64,000 nucleotides of DNA from Hyphomicrobiales bacterium (GCA_046349315.1 JAXMCQ010000005.1:161701-225700); one strand, 5' to 3'; positions 44,784 to 55,026 are shown, counted from the stretch's first letter. The notes: a model not told the origin generated them from the sequence alone. Numbers and translations: made by a program.

Positions 44784-45998
44784 TCAACGCGGTTCGAAGT
44801 ACTTTGCGCCAGATGCCTTTCTGCCGCGAACCCACGCCGCCGCGATATCGGCAGCAATGACGCTAAAGGTAATGCCGTTGCCGCCGGCGCCGAGCACCGC
44901 AAGGCAATGAGGGAGACCGTCGGGCTCGGCGATGATCGGCAACCCGTCATCCGTCTCGGCGAAGTTTCCCGCCCATCGATGGGCGATTTCAAGCCGCCGT
45001 CCCGGCAGGAGTTCATGCAACTTGCGCAAGATGGTCTTGGACTTCGATGCGATCAGGCGATCGCGCGTTTCTTCATCCGCGAAATCCTCGTCCTCGCCGC
45101 CCGCGATTATGCGGTTGTCGGGCGTCGTTCGAAGATAGAGATAGGGATCGGACGCCTCCCAGATGATCTTGCGATCAGGCCAAAGCTGCTCGCGCGACAG
45201 CGGTTTCGTTGCCAGCGCCCATGTCGAGATCACATCATATGACGAGCGCGGAATCTGCTTCAGCGTCTCGTAACCCGTGGCGAAAATGACGCGTCGCGCC
45301 TCGAAGGCCATGCCATCCTTGGTAAGAAGACCAACCTGGCTCGGCCCCGATTCGCACACCGCCACTTCGCTGGGGCTGATGAGCGTTGCCCCTTTGGCCT
45401 GAGCCCGCGTCAGCAGGCCTTTGGCGAGCCTCACCGGATCGAGTTCACCGGCGACGCGCGAGACGATGGCTCCCGAGCGATCGAAGCCATGCCCGTCGCG
45501 CAAGACTTTCGCATCGACGAAGTGCGACGGCAGGCCGGATTTCTCGCGCAGATCCGCTTCGGCCTTGAGTGCCCGAAAGCCATGTGCATCGCCGGCAAGA
45601 TAAAGCGCCTCGCGAGACCGCCAGGCGCAGGCGATGTTCTCTTCGCGGATCAGGCGCTCAAGATGGCGCACGGCGTCGAGCGACAGGCGATAGATATCCT
45701 GTGCCGCGCGCAAACCACGCAGTTCCGCAAGCTCGGTCAGTGTACGGTCGATATCCCATTGGATGAGTGCGGTGCTCGCCGCGGTACTGCCGTGAAGAGG
45801 CCGCCGTCGATCGAGAATGAGGACGCTCAGGCCAAGGGACGTCAGACGGTGCGCGATCAGCGCGCCGGTGATGCCCGCTCCAACAATGACGACGTCCCAC
45901 AATTTGCGGGGAGCATCCGAAGCAATTTTGAGGCGGGGCTCGCCCATGGCCAGCCAGTACGGATCGCCGCCGCGCAATTTCCGCTTATGAGTGACCAT
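44784..45998 (-). CDS. FAD-dependent oxidoreductase (DAO family)
   Basis: 404 aa with dinucleotide fold DVVIVGAGITGALIAHRL. Confidence 0.82.
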   Translation of the reverse strand: MVTHKRKLRGGDPYWLAMGEPRLKIASDAPRKLWDVVIVGAGITGALIAHRLTSLGLSVLILDRRRPLHGSTAASTALIQWDIDRTLTELAELRGLRAAQDIYRLSLDAVRHLERLIREENIACAWRSREALYLAGDAHGFRALKAEADLREKSGLPSHFVDAKVLRDGHGFDRSGAIVSRVAGELDPVRLAKGLLTRAQAKGATLISPSEVAVCESGPSQVGLLTKDGMAFEARRVIFATGYETLKQIPRSSYDVISTWALATKPLSREQLWPDRKIIWEASDPYLYLRTTPDNRIIAGGEDEDFADEETRDRLIASKSKTILRKLHELLPGRRLEIAHRWAGNFAETDDGLPIIAEPDGLPHCLAVLGAGGNGITFSVIAADIAAAWVRGRKASGAKYFEPR

Positions 45999-46058
45999 GC
46001 CGCGCTCAAAACGTGGCAGGGCTGAGGTGGTTCCTTAACCACTCGCTTTCTTTACTTT

Positions 46059-46210
46059 CCCTCTCCCCTCGCGGGAGAGGGCGGATTGAGCGAAGCGAAA
46101 TCCGGGTCAGGGGGCGGTGCCACGCGACTATCATCAGTCATTTGCTATACACCCCTCACCCGCCTCGGGCCTTCGGCCCTCGTCGCCCTCTCCCGCAAGG
46201 GGAGAGGGGA
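46059..46210. repeat. Composite hairpin repeat family D (long copy)
   Basis: It has the same modular layout as 38977-39127: left hairpin ccctctcccctcgcgggagaggg, and a right module that differs from 39067-39127 at only a few positions. Confidence 0.8.
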
Positions 46211-46229
46211 AGTGTCCTTCTCTCTGCGG

Positions 46230-46982
46230 CTACAGCGAAACCGAGATCCCGCCATCGACGGCAAGAACATGTCCGTTCACATAGCTCGCCGCATCGGACG
46301 CAAGAAAGATGACCGCGCCGCCAAGCTCTTCCGGCTTGGCCCAGCGGCCCGAAGGCGTGCGCCTTTCGACCCACGCGGTAAACTCCTTGTCCTCGAGCAG
46401 GGCCGTGTTGAGTTCGGTCGCAAAATAGCCCGGCGCGATCGCATTGACGGTCACGCCATGCCGCCCGATTTCAGCTGCCATCGATTTTGTCAGTCCGTGC
46501 AATCCCGACTTTGCCGCGACATAGCCGTGGATCGTCGGCCGCGCCAGGATCCCGGCGACCGATCCTGTGTTGATGATGCGTCCGTATTTGCGCGGCAGCA
46601 TGACGCGCGCGGCTTCGCGCGACAGGCGGAAACAGGATGTGAGATTGGCAGCGAGGATACGTTCGAAATCGCTGTCTTCCCATTCTATCAGCGGACGGCG
46701 ATGCTGGATGCCGGCATTATTGACGAGGATGTCGAGCTTGCCGTGGCGCTTGACGATATCGGCGATTGCCGCAGGGCCGGCCTTGGCATCGGTGACGTCA
46801 AAGGCCGCATATTCCGCCCTTGGTATCTTTGCGGCGACGGCGCGCAACGTGTCCGGATCGCGGCCATTGAGCACGACGATGGCACCGCGGCTGGCCAAGG
46901 CCTCGGCCATGGCAACCCCAAGGCCGCGCGACGCTCCTGTTACGAGAGCAACGCGCCCCTCAAGCGAGAATATGTCCTTCAT
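46230..46982 (-). CDS. SDR family oxidoreductase (gluconate 5-dehydrogenase-like)
   Basis: The ORF track start at 46988 is a TTG. The ATG at 46980-46982 has a GAGGAGGG SD. It has TGASRGLG, NNAG and YVAAKSG. Confidence 0.85.
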   Translation of the reverse strand: MKDIFSLEGRVALVTGASRGLGVAMAEALASRGAIVVLNGRDPDTLRAVAAKIPRAEYAAFDVTDAKAGPAAIADIVKRHGKLDILVNNAGIQHRRPLIEWEDSDFERILAANLTSCFRLSREAARVMLPRKYGRIINTGSVAGILARPTIHGYVAAKSGLHGLTKSMAAEIGRHGVTVNAIAPGYFATELNTALLEDKEFTAWVERRTPSGRWAKPEELGGAVIFLASDAASYVNGHVLAVDGGISVSL

Positions 46983-46998
46983 CACCAATCCCTCCTCG

Positions 46999-47025
46999 TA
47001 AAAAAGGCGGGAGTTGCCTCCCGCC
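46999..47025 (-). terminator. Rho-independent terminator after the ribose-type SBP gene
   Basis: On the minus strand: GGCGGGAG-gcaa-CUCCCGCC followed by UUUUUU (plus-strand A-run 47000-47005). Confidence 0.75.
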
Positions 47026-47050
47026 TCGTGATTGTCAAGCTCAAACCGAA

Positions 47051-48052
47051 TTACTTGGCGATGCAGGTATCGGCTGTCTCGGGCGTGCAGACGTCAAGAC
47101 CCGTATAGGTCGGATCGGCCGGAGCCGGCTTGCCGTCCTTCATGTCCTTGAGCGCATTCATCGTCTTGTAGCCCATTTCAAACGGACGCTGGCCGACCTG
47201 GCCGAGCGACAGGCCTTCCTTCATCTGGTCGATCTGCACCGGCAGCGTGTCGGCAACGATCAGTGCCAGCGCCTTCGAGGCAATCTTGTCCTTGTAAGGA
47301 CCGACCGCCGCGCGGTTGGCGTCCGGAATGAACTGCGGGAAGCCGCCCGTCGGGATGAAGGCATCGAGGTTGGGATTCTTGGCCATGATGTCTTCAAACT
47401 GCTGCACCGAACGCGGGAAGTCGTCGTCGGTATAGAGCGGGCAACCTTCGATTTCCGTCCAGCCATTCTGGCCGGTCAGGCGATCGCCGGGCGAAGCAGC
47501 CGAGGCCTTGCCCGACAATGTGTCGCGGATGCCCTGCATGCGTTCATTGTGGTTGGCCGCGGCCGCGCCACCTGACTGAATGCAGATCGTGCCGCCATTC
47601 GGCTTGGCAGCCATGGCGAGCTTGGCGAGGTTCGTGCCGATCTCGTAATTATGCGTGCCGATATAGGCGACGCGGAGATCCTTGTTCTCGGGCAGGAGGT
47701 CCGAGTCCCAGGTAAGAACCGGGATGCCGGCTTCCTTCGCCGCTTGGAGTGCAACCGCCATAGCCGCGGCGTTCGAGGGCGAAACGGCGATGCCGTCGAC
47801 CTTCTTGGCCACGAGGTCCTGCACGATCGTCACTTGCTCGTCGCCGCCGCCATGCTCGCCGGGTCCGATATACATGCATTCGAAAGCACCGTTCGATTCC
47901 GCTTCGGCCTTTTTGCAGCCGTCGCGAGCCTGATCGAAGAACGGGTTGTTCATGTTCTTCGGCACCAGCGCGAATACATATTTCTGCTGGGCAGACGCGG
48001 CTGCGGTCATTGCGATCATCGCAACGGCGGCAGCCAGGACAAATCTCTTCAT
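47051..48052 (-). CDS. Sugar ABC transporter substrate-binding protein (ribose/monosaccharide, PBP type I)
   Basis: Trimmed to the ATG at 48050-48052, which has a GGAGGAAG SD. Signal peptide is MKRFVLAAAVAMIAMTAAASA. Confidence 0.88.
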   Translation of the reverse strand: MKRFVLAAAVAMIAMTAAASAQQKYVFALVPKNMNNPFFDQARDGCKKAEAESNGAFECMYIGPGEHGGGDEQVTIVQDLVAKKVDGIAVSPSNAAAMAVALQAAKEAGIPVLTWDSDLLPENKDLRVAYIGTHNYEIGTNLAKLAMAAKPNGGTICIQSGGAAAANHNERMQGIRDTLSGKASAASPGDRLTGQNGWTEIEGCPLYTDDDFPRSVQQFEDIMAKNPNLDAFIPTGGFPQFIPDANRAAVGPYKDKIASKALALIVADTLPVQIDQMKEGLSLGQVGQRPFEMGYKTMNALKDMKDGKPAPADPTYTGLDVCTPETADTCIAK

Positions 48053-48110
48053 TTTTACTTCCTCCACATTTTAACGACAGGGGGAAGGCTTGCACTGCCT
48101 TCCTGGTTTT

Positions 48111-49220
48111 CTAACGGTGTTTTCGGGGAAACAGCCTTTCCAGCATTGCAGCGACAAGTGACTTGCCGCCGGTCTGCATGCCGAGAAGCACCGCGAGAAT
48201 GATGAAGGCGCCGACAAAGGCACCTTGCCAATTGGAATCGATACCGGCCATCAGCAACGCATTGCGGATGACCTCCAGAAGCGCCGAGCCGACGATCGCA
48301 CCGAATGCCGTGCCGGCGCCGCCCATGAGATTGGCGCCACCGATTACTGTTGCCGCGATCACGCGCAACTCATAGCCCTGCCCCATGGCGTTGATCGCCG
48401 AACCATTATAGCCAAGCAGCAGGAGCGAGGCGACGGAGGCCGTGAAAGCGCAAAAGACATAGGCCTGGAACTTGATCCAGTCGACGGGCACACCGGTGAG
48501 CCGTGCCGCCTGCTCATTGCCGCCGATCGCGAAGAGATGTCGGCCCCAGGGCTTGAAGTTGAAGACGTATCCGACCACCAGCGCCAGCGCGATCATCACC
48601 CAGAAATGGACCGATACTTGCGGAATCCAATCAGGTATTGAATCACCCGGCACCTGATGCGGCCATTTCGCCTGCCCGATCGCCTTGACGATCGGCGCGT
48701 CCGGTCCAAATTTGTAGAGCATCTGGTTGGCCGAGAACACGACCGCGAGCGAGCGCGCGATCGACAGCATGCCGAGTGTCACCACGAATGACGGCATGCC
48801 GACATAGGCGACGAAGAAACCGTTGAAGGCGCCGCAAGCAAGCCCGGATAGCAAGCCCATCGCGAAGGCGATGTACCAGGGATACTCCCAGGTGAGAAAG
48901 AGGCCGGCGACAATGGCCACAAGACCCATGACCGAACCAACGGAAAGATCGATGCCGCCGGTGATGATCACCACCGTCATGCCAAGCGCCATGATGCCGA
49001 ACGGCGCGAAATTGCGCATCATGTTGGAGGCGTTCTCGGCCGTGCCAAAAGTCGGCTCGATCGATGCCATCCAAACGATCAGCACTAGCAGCGCGATCGT
49101 CACCCAGAACGCCTGGCTCGCGAACATGCGTTGAAGCCAGGTCTGTTCCTTGATGCCGACGACGTCGGAGAGCGATGCGTGATCTGTCTGGGGCGCGGTT
49201 TGTTCGACGCTATGCTGCAC
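48111..49220 (-). CDS. Sugar ABC transporter permease (RbsC-like)
   Basis: 369 aa, GTG start, multi-TM. It overlaps the ATPase 3' end by 11 nt. Confidence 0.85.
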   Translation of the reverse strand: MQHSVEQTAPQTDHASLSDVVGIKEQTWLQRMFASQAFWVTIALLVLIVWMASIEPTFGTAENASNMMRNFAPFGIMALGMTVVIITGGIDLSVGSVMGLVAIVAGLFLTWEYPWYIAFAMGLLSGLACGAFNGFFVAYVGMPSFVVTLGMLSIARSLAVVFSANQMLYKFGPDAPIVKAIGQAKWPHQVPGDSIPDWIPQVSVHFWVMIALALVVGYVFNFKPWGRHLFAIGGNEQAARLTGVPVDWIKFQAYVFCAFTASVASLLLLGYNGSAINAMGQGYELRVIAATVIGGANLMGGAGTAFGAIVGSALLEVIRNALLMAGIDSNWQGAFVGAFIILAVLLGMQTGGKSLVAAMLERLFPRKHR

Positions 49221-49950
49221 GGATCGCCCCCGTAATCAGGCCGGTGATTTCTTCCGGCGAAGTGAGCGCCGTCGGCTTGTCGGCAACCTTGGTGCCGCGC
49301 CGCAGCACGATGATACGGTCGGACACCGCAAAGACGTCTGGCATGCGGTGGCTGATCAGCATCACGGCCACGCCCTGCCCTTTGAGCCGGCGTATGAGTT
49401 CGAGGACCTCCGCCACTTGGCGAACTGAAATGGCTGCGGTCGGCTCGTCCATCAGGACCATCTTGGCATTGGAGAGACGCGTGCGCGCGATGGCGACCGC
49501 CTGGCGCTGGCCGCCCGACATCTTCTTCACGAGGTCGCGCGGCCGCGTTTCGGATTTCAGTTCGGCGAAGAGTTCTCCGGCGCGATCGATCATCGCCTGC
49601 TTGTCGAGAACCTTGAAAGGCCACACGCCCTTCGTCAATTCGCGCCCTAGAAACACATTCTGCGCCGCCGTCAGATTATCGGCCAATGCCAGGTCCTGAT
49701 AGACGACCTCAATCCCCTTGCCGCGCGCATCGAGCGGCTTGTGGAAGTGGCAGACCTCGTCATCGACGGCGAGTTCACCTTCGCTCGGCGGGAAATTGCC
49801 GGCGATGAGCTTAACCATGGTCGACTTGCCGGCGCCATTGTCGCCCATCAGCCCGACGACTTCGCCCGGCTGCACGGTAAGGCTGACATCGGTCAGCGCC
49901 CGGATTGCTCCAAAATTCTTTGAAACATTGCGGATGTCGAGCAATGTCAT
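49210..49950 (-). CDS. Sugar ABC transporter ATP-binding protein (single ABC domain)
   Basis: ORF trimmed to the ATG at 49948-49950, which has a GGGAGGGAAG SD. It has Walker A GDNGAGKST and signature MSGGQRQAVAIAR. Confidence 0.88.
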   Translation of the reverse strand: MTLLDIRNVSKNFGAIRALTDVSLTVQPGEVVGLMGDNGAGKSTMVKLIAGNFPPSEGELAVDDEVCHFHKPLDARGKGIEVVYQDLALADNLTAAQNVFLGRELTKGVWPFKVLDKQAMIDRAGELFAELKSETRPRDLVKKMSGGQRQAVAIARTRLSNAKMVLMDEPTAAISVRQVAEVLELIRRLKGQGVAVMLISHRMPDVFAVSDRIIVLRRGTKVADKPTALTSPEEITGLITGAIRAA

Positions 49951-50069
49951 CCGGCTTCCCTCCCGAAGCTTGCGTCCAGGCGCCGGCTCTGTGTCCGGTT
50001 CTCGTGTCTGGATCGGCTCACTATAGGGGCGCGAGTCGCCATTGCCAGTGAAAAACACCGGGACAATGC

Positions 50070-50900
50070 TCAGCCCTCGAGTGGCGCCGGCTGCGGCGCG
50101 CTTTCGTAACATCCAAGCACGGATTGATCGAAGTCGATGATCGAACCGGTCATAAGGCCAGATTCATCGCTCGCGAGATAGCCGACCGCGCGCGCCACCT
50201 CGTCGGTCTTGAGCATACGCCCGGTGGGCAGCCCAGCTTCCGCCTTTTTCCGCCAGCCATCCGTGGCGCCGTGATAGGTCTTCATGATCCGGTCTTCGCC
50301 GGGCGTATCCATCCAGCCGATGCAAAGCCCGTTCACCCTGATGCCGTGCCGCATCAGGCTGAAGCCGACATTCTTGGTGAGCGTGATGAGGGCGCCCTTG
50401 GACGCGCAATAGGCGGTGATGAAACTCTGGCCGCCATGGCCCGACATCGAGATGATGTTGACGATCGTGCCCTTGATCTTCTCGCGCTGCATGACCTTCG
50501 CGGCATCCTGCATGAGGAAGAAAGGTGCCCGCACATTGACCGCGAACATACGGTCGAAAAGTTCGGGGCTCGTATCCCAGATTGTTCCACGGTCGGTGAT
50601 CGCTGCGACATTGGCGAGCGTGTCGATACGCCCGAAGGCCTTGTCCGCCGCCCTGATCACCTTTTGGGCATCTTCGACTTTTGCCAGATCTGCAGGCACG
50701 AACAGCGACTTGACGCCCTTTTCCTCGAGCGCCTTGCTCACCCGCAATCCATTCGCTTCATTCCGCCCGCAAATCGCGATGCCCTCGGCGCCGCGATCGG
50801 CCATGAGATGGGCAATAGTCTCGCCGAGACCCTGCGTTCCACCTGTAATGACGGCGATTTTGCCGGCTAGCGATAGATTCTTGTAGCTCGACGCATCCAC
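50070..50900 (-). CDS. SDR family oxidoreductase
   Basis: 276 aa, GTG start. It has TGGTQGLG and YCASKGA. Confidence 0.85.
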   Translation of the reverse strand: MDASSYKNLSLAGKIAVITGGTQGLGETIAHLMADRGAEGIAICGRNEANGLRVSKALEEKGVKSLFVPADLAKVEDAQKVIRAADKAFGRIDTLANVAAITDRGTIWDTSPELFDRMFAVNVRAPFFLMQDAAKVMQREKIKGTIVNIISMSGHGGQSFITAYCASKGALITLTKNVGFSLMRHGIRVNGLCIGWMDTPGEDRIMKTYHGATDGWRKKAEAGLPTGRMLKTDEVARAVGYLASDESGLMTGSIIDFDQSVLGCYESAPQPAPLEG

Positions 50901-51052
50901 TCTGGCGCTCCCATTTCCACCCGCTTGAGCGATTGGAATTTTTGTTCTATTTTTTCTTTACTCAAGAATGAACGTTGCATAAATGCACCGGAATGGCAAC
51001 GCAAAAATCTGCGCGGCCGGGCTATTTGTCACACAAATGGGAGCTTGGTGGG

Positions 51053-52042
51053 ATGATTGGAGTTGCCGTTCTCGGAGCCGGGCGGATCGGAAAAATTCAC
51101 GCCCGCAATGTCACGCTCAATCCGCGCTGCAAGCTCGTGGCCGTCGCCGATCCGATGAAGGACGCAGCGACTGCACTCGCCGGGGCACTTGGCGCGGAAG
51201 CCATGACCGATGCCCGCGCCACGATTGCGCGCCCCGATGTGCAGGCGATCATCGTCGGAACGCCGACCGACACGCATGTCGACTTCACGCTCGATGCTGC
51301 CCGCCGCGGCAAGGCGGTACTCTGTGAAAAGCCGATCGACCTCGATATCAACAAGGCCGATGCCGCGGTTGCCGAGATCGAGAAGCTCGGCGCCAAGGTG
51401 ATGATCGCTTTCAATCGCCGCTTCGACCCGAGTGCCGCGGCACTTAAGAGGGCGATCGATGCCGGTGCCATTGGCGAGGTCCACCAGGTCATCATCACCA
51501 GCCGTGATCCCTCGCCCCCACCTGCGACCTATACCAATTCCGGCGGCATCTTCCGCGACATGACCATCCATGATTTCGATATGGCGCGCTTCCTCCTCGG
51601 CGAGGAGCCTGTCGAAGTCGTCGCTTCCGCAAGCTGTCTCGTCGATCCGGCGATCGGCAAGTCCGGCGACTTCGATACTTTGATGGTCATCCTCAAGACC
51701 AAATCGGGCCGCCAGTGCCACATCAACAACAGCCGCAAGGCTGTTTATGGCTACGACCAGCGCTTCGAAGTCTTCGGCTCTTCCGGCATGCTGATGAACG
51801 ACAATCTCCGCGCCACCACCTTGCGCGGCTATACCGAGGCGCAAACCGAAATCCGCGATCCCCTGCTCAACTTCTTCCTCGAGCGCTATGACGATGCCTA
51901 TCGCAGCGAACTCAACGCCTTCATCGATGCGGTTGCCGATGGCAAGCCGATGCCGGTCACCGCGCGCGACGGCCGCCAGGCCTTGCGGCTCGCCGATGCC
52001 GCGCTTGAATCGGCCACGACCGGCCGCGCCGTGAAAGTCTGA
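51053..52042 (+). CDS. iolG: Inositol 2-dehydrogenase (IdhA/IolG-like, Gfo/Idh/MocA family)
   Basis: ORF trimmed to the ATG at 51053. From memory, long stretches match rhizobial IdhA (GAGRIGK.HA, CEKPIDLD, FNRRFDP, ITSRDPSPPP, GGIFRDMTIHDFDMARFLLGEEPVEV, YGYDQR.EV.GS). Confidence 0.82.
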   Translation: MIGVAVLGAGRIGKIHARNVTLNPRCKLVAVADPMKDAATALAGALGAEAMTDARATIARPDVQAIIVGTPTDTHVDFTLDAARRGKAVLCEKPIDLDINKADAAVAEIEKLGAKVMIAFNRRFDPSAAALKRAIDAGAIGEVHQVIITSRDPSPPPATYTNSGGIFRDMTIHDFDMARFLLGEEPVEVVASASCLVDPAIGKSGDFDTLMVILKTKSGRQCHINNSRKAVYGYDQRFEVFGSSGMLMNDNLRATTLRGYTEAQTEIRDPLLNFFLERYDDAYRSELNAFIDAVADGKPMPVTARDGRQALRLADAALESATTGRAVKV

Positions 52043-53169
52043 TGCCGATGCGCGACATCGGTGTCGGCATCATCGGCACAGGCTTCATGGGCAAGGCCCA
52101 CGCCTTTGCCTATCGCGCCGTATCGGGCATTCTCCCCGTCTCGCTCCGCCCTGTCTTGCGCGTGGTCGCCGACAATAATCGTGAAGCCGGGCTTGCGACG
52201 CAAAAGCAACTCGGCTTCGAGAAATTCACCGCCGACTGGACCGAACTTGTCCGCGACCCGGGCGTCGAGATCGTCTCGATCACCACGCCCAATGTCGTTC
52301 ACCGCGAAATGGCGCTCGCCGCGATCGCTGAAGGCAAGCATGTCCATTGCGAGAAGCCGATCGCGCCGAGTGCTGATGACGCGCGCGCCATGATGGAGGC
52401 GGCAGAGGCGAAAGGCGTCAAGACGCAGGTCGGGTATAATTACATCAAGAACCCGCTGCTGGTTCTTGCCCGCGACATGATCGCTTCGGGCGAGCTTGGT
52501 GAGATCACCGGCTTTCGCGGCATCCATGCCGAGGATTACATGGCAAGCCCGGATGTTCCCTATGGCTGGCGCGTCGATCCCTCGGGCGGTGGCGGCGCGG
52601 TCGCCGATCTCGGCAGCCACATTGTCGGCATGGCGCGCTTTCTCTTAGGACCGATCGCATCTGTGAATGCCGATCTCGAAACCATCGTGAAATCGCGCCC
52701 CATCGCGCCGGGCTCGAACGAACGCCGAGAGGTCAAGGTCGACGATATCGCGCGGCTCACCGTGCGTTTCGCGCGCGGCTGCGGCGGACAGATCGAGGCC
52801 AATTGGGTGGCGACCGGCCGCAATATGGATCTGGGCTTCCAGCTCTACGGCACCAAGGCCTCGCTCGCCTTCACCCAGGAGCGCTTCAACGAACTCCTCT
52901 ATTACAAGGCGGGAGGACCCAAGGGCCGCAAGGGTTATCAGAAGATCGAAGCGGGACCCGAGCACTATCCTTACGGTCTCTTCTGCGTCGCACCGGGCCA
53001 TCAACTTGGCTTCAACGATCTGAAGACGATCGAAGTCGCCGACTTCCTCGACACGATTTCAGGCGGTCAGCCAAAAGGCCCGGATTTCCGCGAGGCGTGG
53101 GAGATCCAGAAGGTGATCGATACCGCGATCCGTTCGTCGCGCGAGCGGCGCTGGCTCGATATCGCGTGA
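52042..53169 (+). CDS. Gfo/Idh/MocA family oxidoreductase
   Basis: 375 aa with VGIIGTGFMGKAHAFAY and CEKPIA. Its ATG overlaps the iolG stop by 1 nt (TGATG). Confidence 0.88.
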   Translation: MPMRDIGVGIIGTGFMGKAHAFAYRAVSGILPVSLRPVLRVVADNNREAGLATQKQLGFEKFTADWTELVRDPGVEIVSITTPNVVHREMALAAIAEGKHVHCEKPIAPSADDARAMMEAAEAKGVKTQVGYNYIKNPLLVLARDMIASGELGEITGFRGIHAEDYMASPDVPYGWRVDPSGGGGAVADLGSHIVGMARFLLGPIASVNADLETIVKSRPIAPGSNERREVKVDDIARLTVRFARGCGGQIEANWVATGRNMDLGFQLYGTKASLAFTQERFNELLYYKAGGPKGRKGYQKIEAGPEHYPYGLFCVAPGHQLGFNDLKTIEVADFLDTISGGQPKGPDFREAWEIQKVIDTAIRSSRERRWLDIA

Positions 53170-54401
53170 CGACCCGCGAAAACTGCCTGGCGCGCGACCG
53201 CGCCGATCCTCTGGCGGGGAAGCGCTCAGCATTCGTGCTTCCCGAAGGCGTTGTCTATCTCGATGGTAATTCGCTCGGCGCCTTGCCGCGCAATGTTGCC
53301 GCGCGCGTCGCCGACACGATCGACAGGCAATGGGGTGCAACCCTCATCAAATCCTGGAACGAGCATGGCTGGTTCGACCTGCCGCGAAAAATCGGCGATC
53401 GCATCGCGAGACTGATCGGCGCGCCACGGATGAGCGTCGTTGCCTGCGACACGATCTCGGTCAATCTCTATAAATTGCTTGGCGCGGCGATTGCGTTGCG
53501 GCCCGGTCGCCATGTCATTCTCTCCGACACCGGCAATTTTCCGACTGACCTCTATATGATGCAGGGCTTGATCCGCCTGCTCGACCGCGGTCTCGAACTG
53601 CGCCTTGTCGAGCCGGAGGATGTCGAAGCTGCGATCGCCGATGATGTCGCGGTCGTCTCGCTGACCGAAGTCGACTACCGCACCGGACGCCGGCATGACA
53701 TGAAGCGATTGACGGCGCGGGCGCACGCGGCCGGCGCGCTCATGATCTGGGATCTCGCGCATTCCGCCGGCGCCTTCCCGGTCGATCTCGAAGGCTGCAA
53801 CGCCGATTTTGCGGTGGGCTGCACTTACAAGTATCTGAATGGCGGGCCTGGCGCCCCGGCCTTTCTCTATGTACGGCCCGATCTCCAGGGTCGGATTGAA
53901 TCGCCGCTCTCCGGCTGGTGGGGCCATGAAGCGCCGTTCGCTTTCGACACGGATTATCGCCCGGCACCGGGCATTCTCCGCCAGCAATGCGGCACGCAGG
54001 CGATCCTTGCGATGGCGGCGCTCGATTCGGCGCTTGATGTCTGGGACGATGTCGACCTCGCTGAACTGCGCCGCAAATCCGAAGCGCTGTGCGAACTCTT
54101 CATCGCTGAAGTTGAGAGCCGCAACCGGAAGCACGGCGTAAAGCTCGCCGGCCCGCGGGACATGCGCGAGCGCGGTTCGCATGTCTCCTTTCACTGCCCC
54201 GAAGGCTATGCAGTCATGCAGGCACTCATCGCGCAAGGCGTGATCGGCGATTTCCGCGCGCCCGATATCGTCCGCTTCGGCATCACGCCGCTCTACACGC
54301 GCTTCGTCGATATCTGGGACGCGGCCGACATTCTCACGCGCATCCTCGATGAGCGATTGTGGGATGATCCGCGTTTCAAATCGCGCAAGGCGGTGACGTG
54401 A
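53166..54401 (+). CDS. kynU: Kynureninase
   Basis: ORF 52803..54401 trimmed to the GTG at 53166-53168, which overlaps the upstream stop (GTGA). By recollection it is similar end to end to Pseudomonas kynureninase (LPEGV.YLDGNSLGA, GNFPTDLY, WDLAHSAGA.PVDL, GCTYKYLNGGPG with the PLP lysine). Confidence 0.88.
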   Translation: MTTRENCLARDRADPLAGKRSAFVLPEGVVYLDGNSLGALPRNVAARVADTIDRQWGATLIKSWNEHGWFDLPRKIGDRIARLIGAPRMSVVACDTISVNLYKLLGAAIALRPGRHVILSDTGNFPTDLYMMQGLIRLLDRGLELRLVEPEDVEAAIADDVAVVSLTEVDYRTGRRHDMKRLTARAHAAGALMIWDLAHSAGAFPVDLEGCNADFAVGCTYKYLNGGPGAPAFLYVRPDLQGRIESPLSGWWGHEAPFAFDTDYRPAPGILRQQCGTQAILAMAALDSALDVWDDVDLAELRRKSEALCELFIAEVESRNRKHGVKLAGPRDMRERGSHVSFHCPEGYAVMQALIAQGVIGDFRAPDIVRFGITPLYTRFVDIWDAADILTRILDERLWDDPRFKSRKAVT

Positions 54402-55024
54402 GCCGCATCATTGATATTTCGCAACCGCTCGATCCCGGCATGGCGGGATTCCCGGGCGATACCCCGTACCAGGAAGCGCAGACCTTTCGCATCGGGCCGA
54501 ACTGTCCGGTCAATGTCGCGCAAATATCATTGTCGGTGCATTGCGGCACCCATGCCGATGCGCCCTTGCATTATGCCGCCGATGGCAAGCCGATCGGCGC
54601 ACTCGATCTCGAACCCTTCATCGGCCCTTGCCGGGTGATCGATGCACGTGGCATGGGCCCGCTTTGTGAACCGCAGCAGATCGAGGCGTATCTCAAGGAT
54701 GCACCATCGCGCATTCTCCTGCGCCTGACCGACGGATTCGATCCGCATGTCTGGCCGACAGGCTTTCGCGCGCTGTCCGCCGCAACTATCGAGTTGCTGA
54801 CCTCGCGCAGCGTGCGTCTCGTCGGCATCGATACACCCTCCGTCGATCCTGAAACCTCGAAAGACCTGCCGGCCCATAACGCGGCTTTGCGCACCGACAT
54901 GCGCATCCTCGAAAATCTTGTCCTAACGCATGTCGCTCAAGGCGACTATGAACTGATCGCGCTCCCCTTGCGCTTCTCGAACCTCGACGCCTCGCCGGTC
55001 CGCGCCGTGCTCCGCACAGTGTAA
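54398..55024 (+). CDS. kynB: Kynurenine formamidase (cyclase family)
   Basis: 208 aa. The GTG overlaps the kynU stop. It has the metal-binding motif HCGTHADAPLHY. Confidence 0.85.
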   Translation: MSRIIDISQPLDPGMAGFPGDTPYQEAQTFRIGPNCPVNVAQISLSVHCGTHADAPLHYAADGKPIGALDLEPFIGPCRVIDARGMGPLCEPQQIEAYLKDAPSRILLRLTDGFDPHVWPTGFRALSAATIELLTSRSVRLVGIDTPSVDPETSKDLPAHNAALRTDMRILENLVLTHVAQGDYELIALPLRFSNLDASPVRAVLRTV

Positions 55025-55026
55025 TT

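Noticed and set aside
46086-47108. 340-aa plus-strand ORF spanning repeat D and antisense to the SDR gene
   Set aside because: It starts inside a repeat element and runs antisense to a motif-bearing SDR gene.
52803-53165. 121-codon N-terminal extension of the kynureninase ORF
   Set aside because: The extension overlaps the Gfo/Idh/MocA gene in another frame. Kynureninase homology begins at the GTG at 53166, which forms a GTGA overlap with the upstream stop.
53226-54236. 336-aa minus-strand ORF opposite kynU
   Set aside because: It is an antisense shadow ORF.
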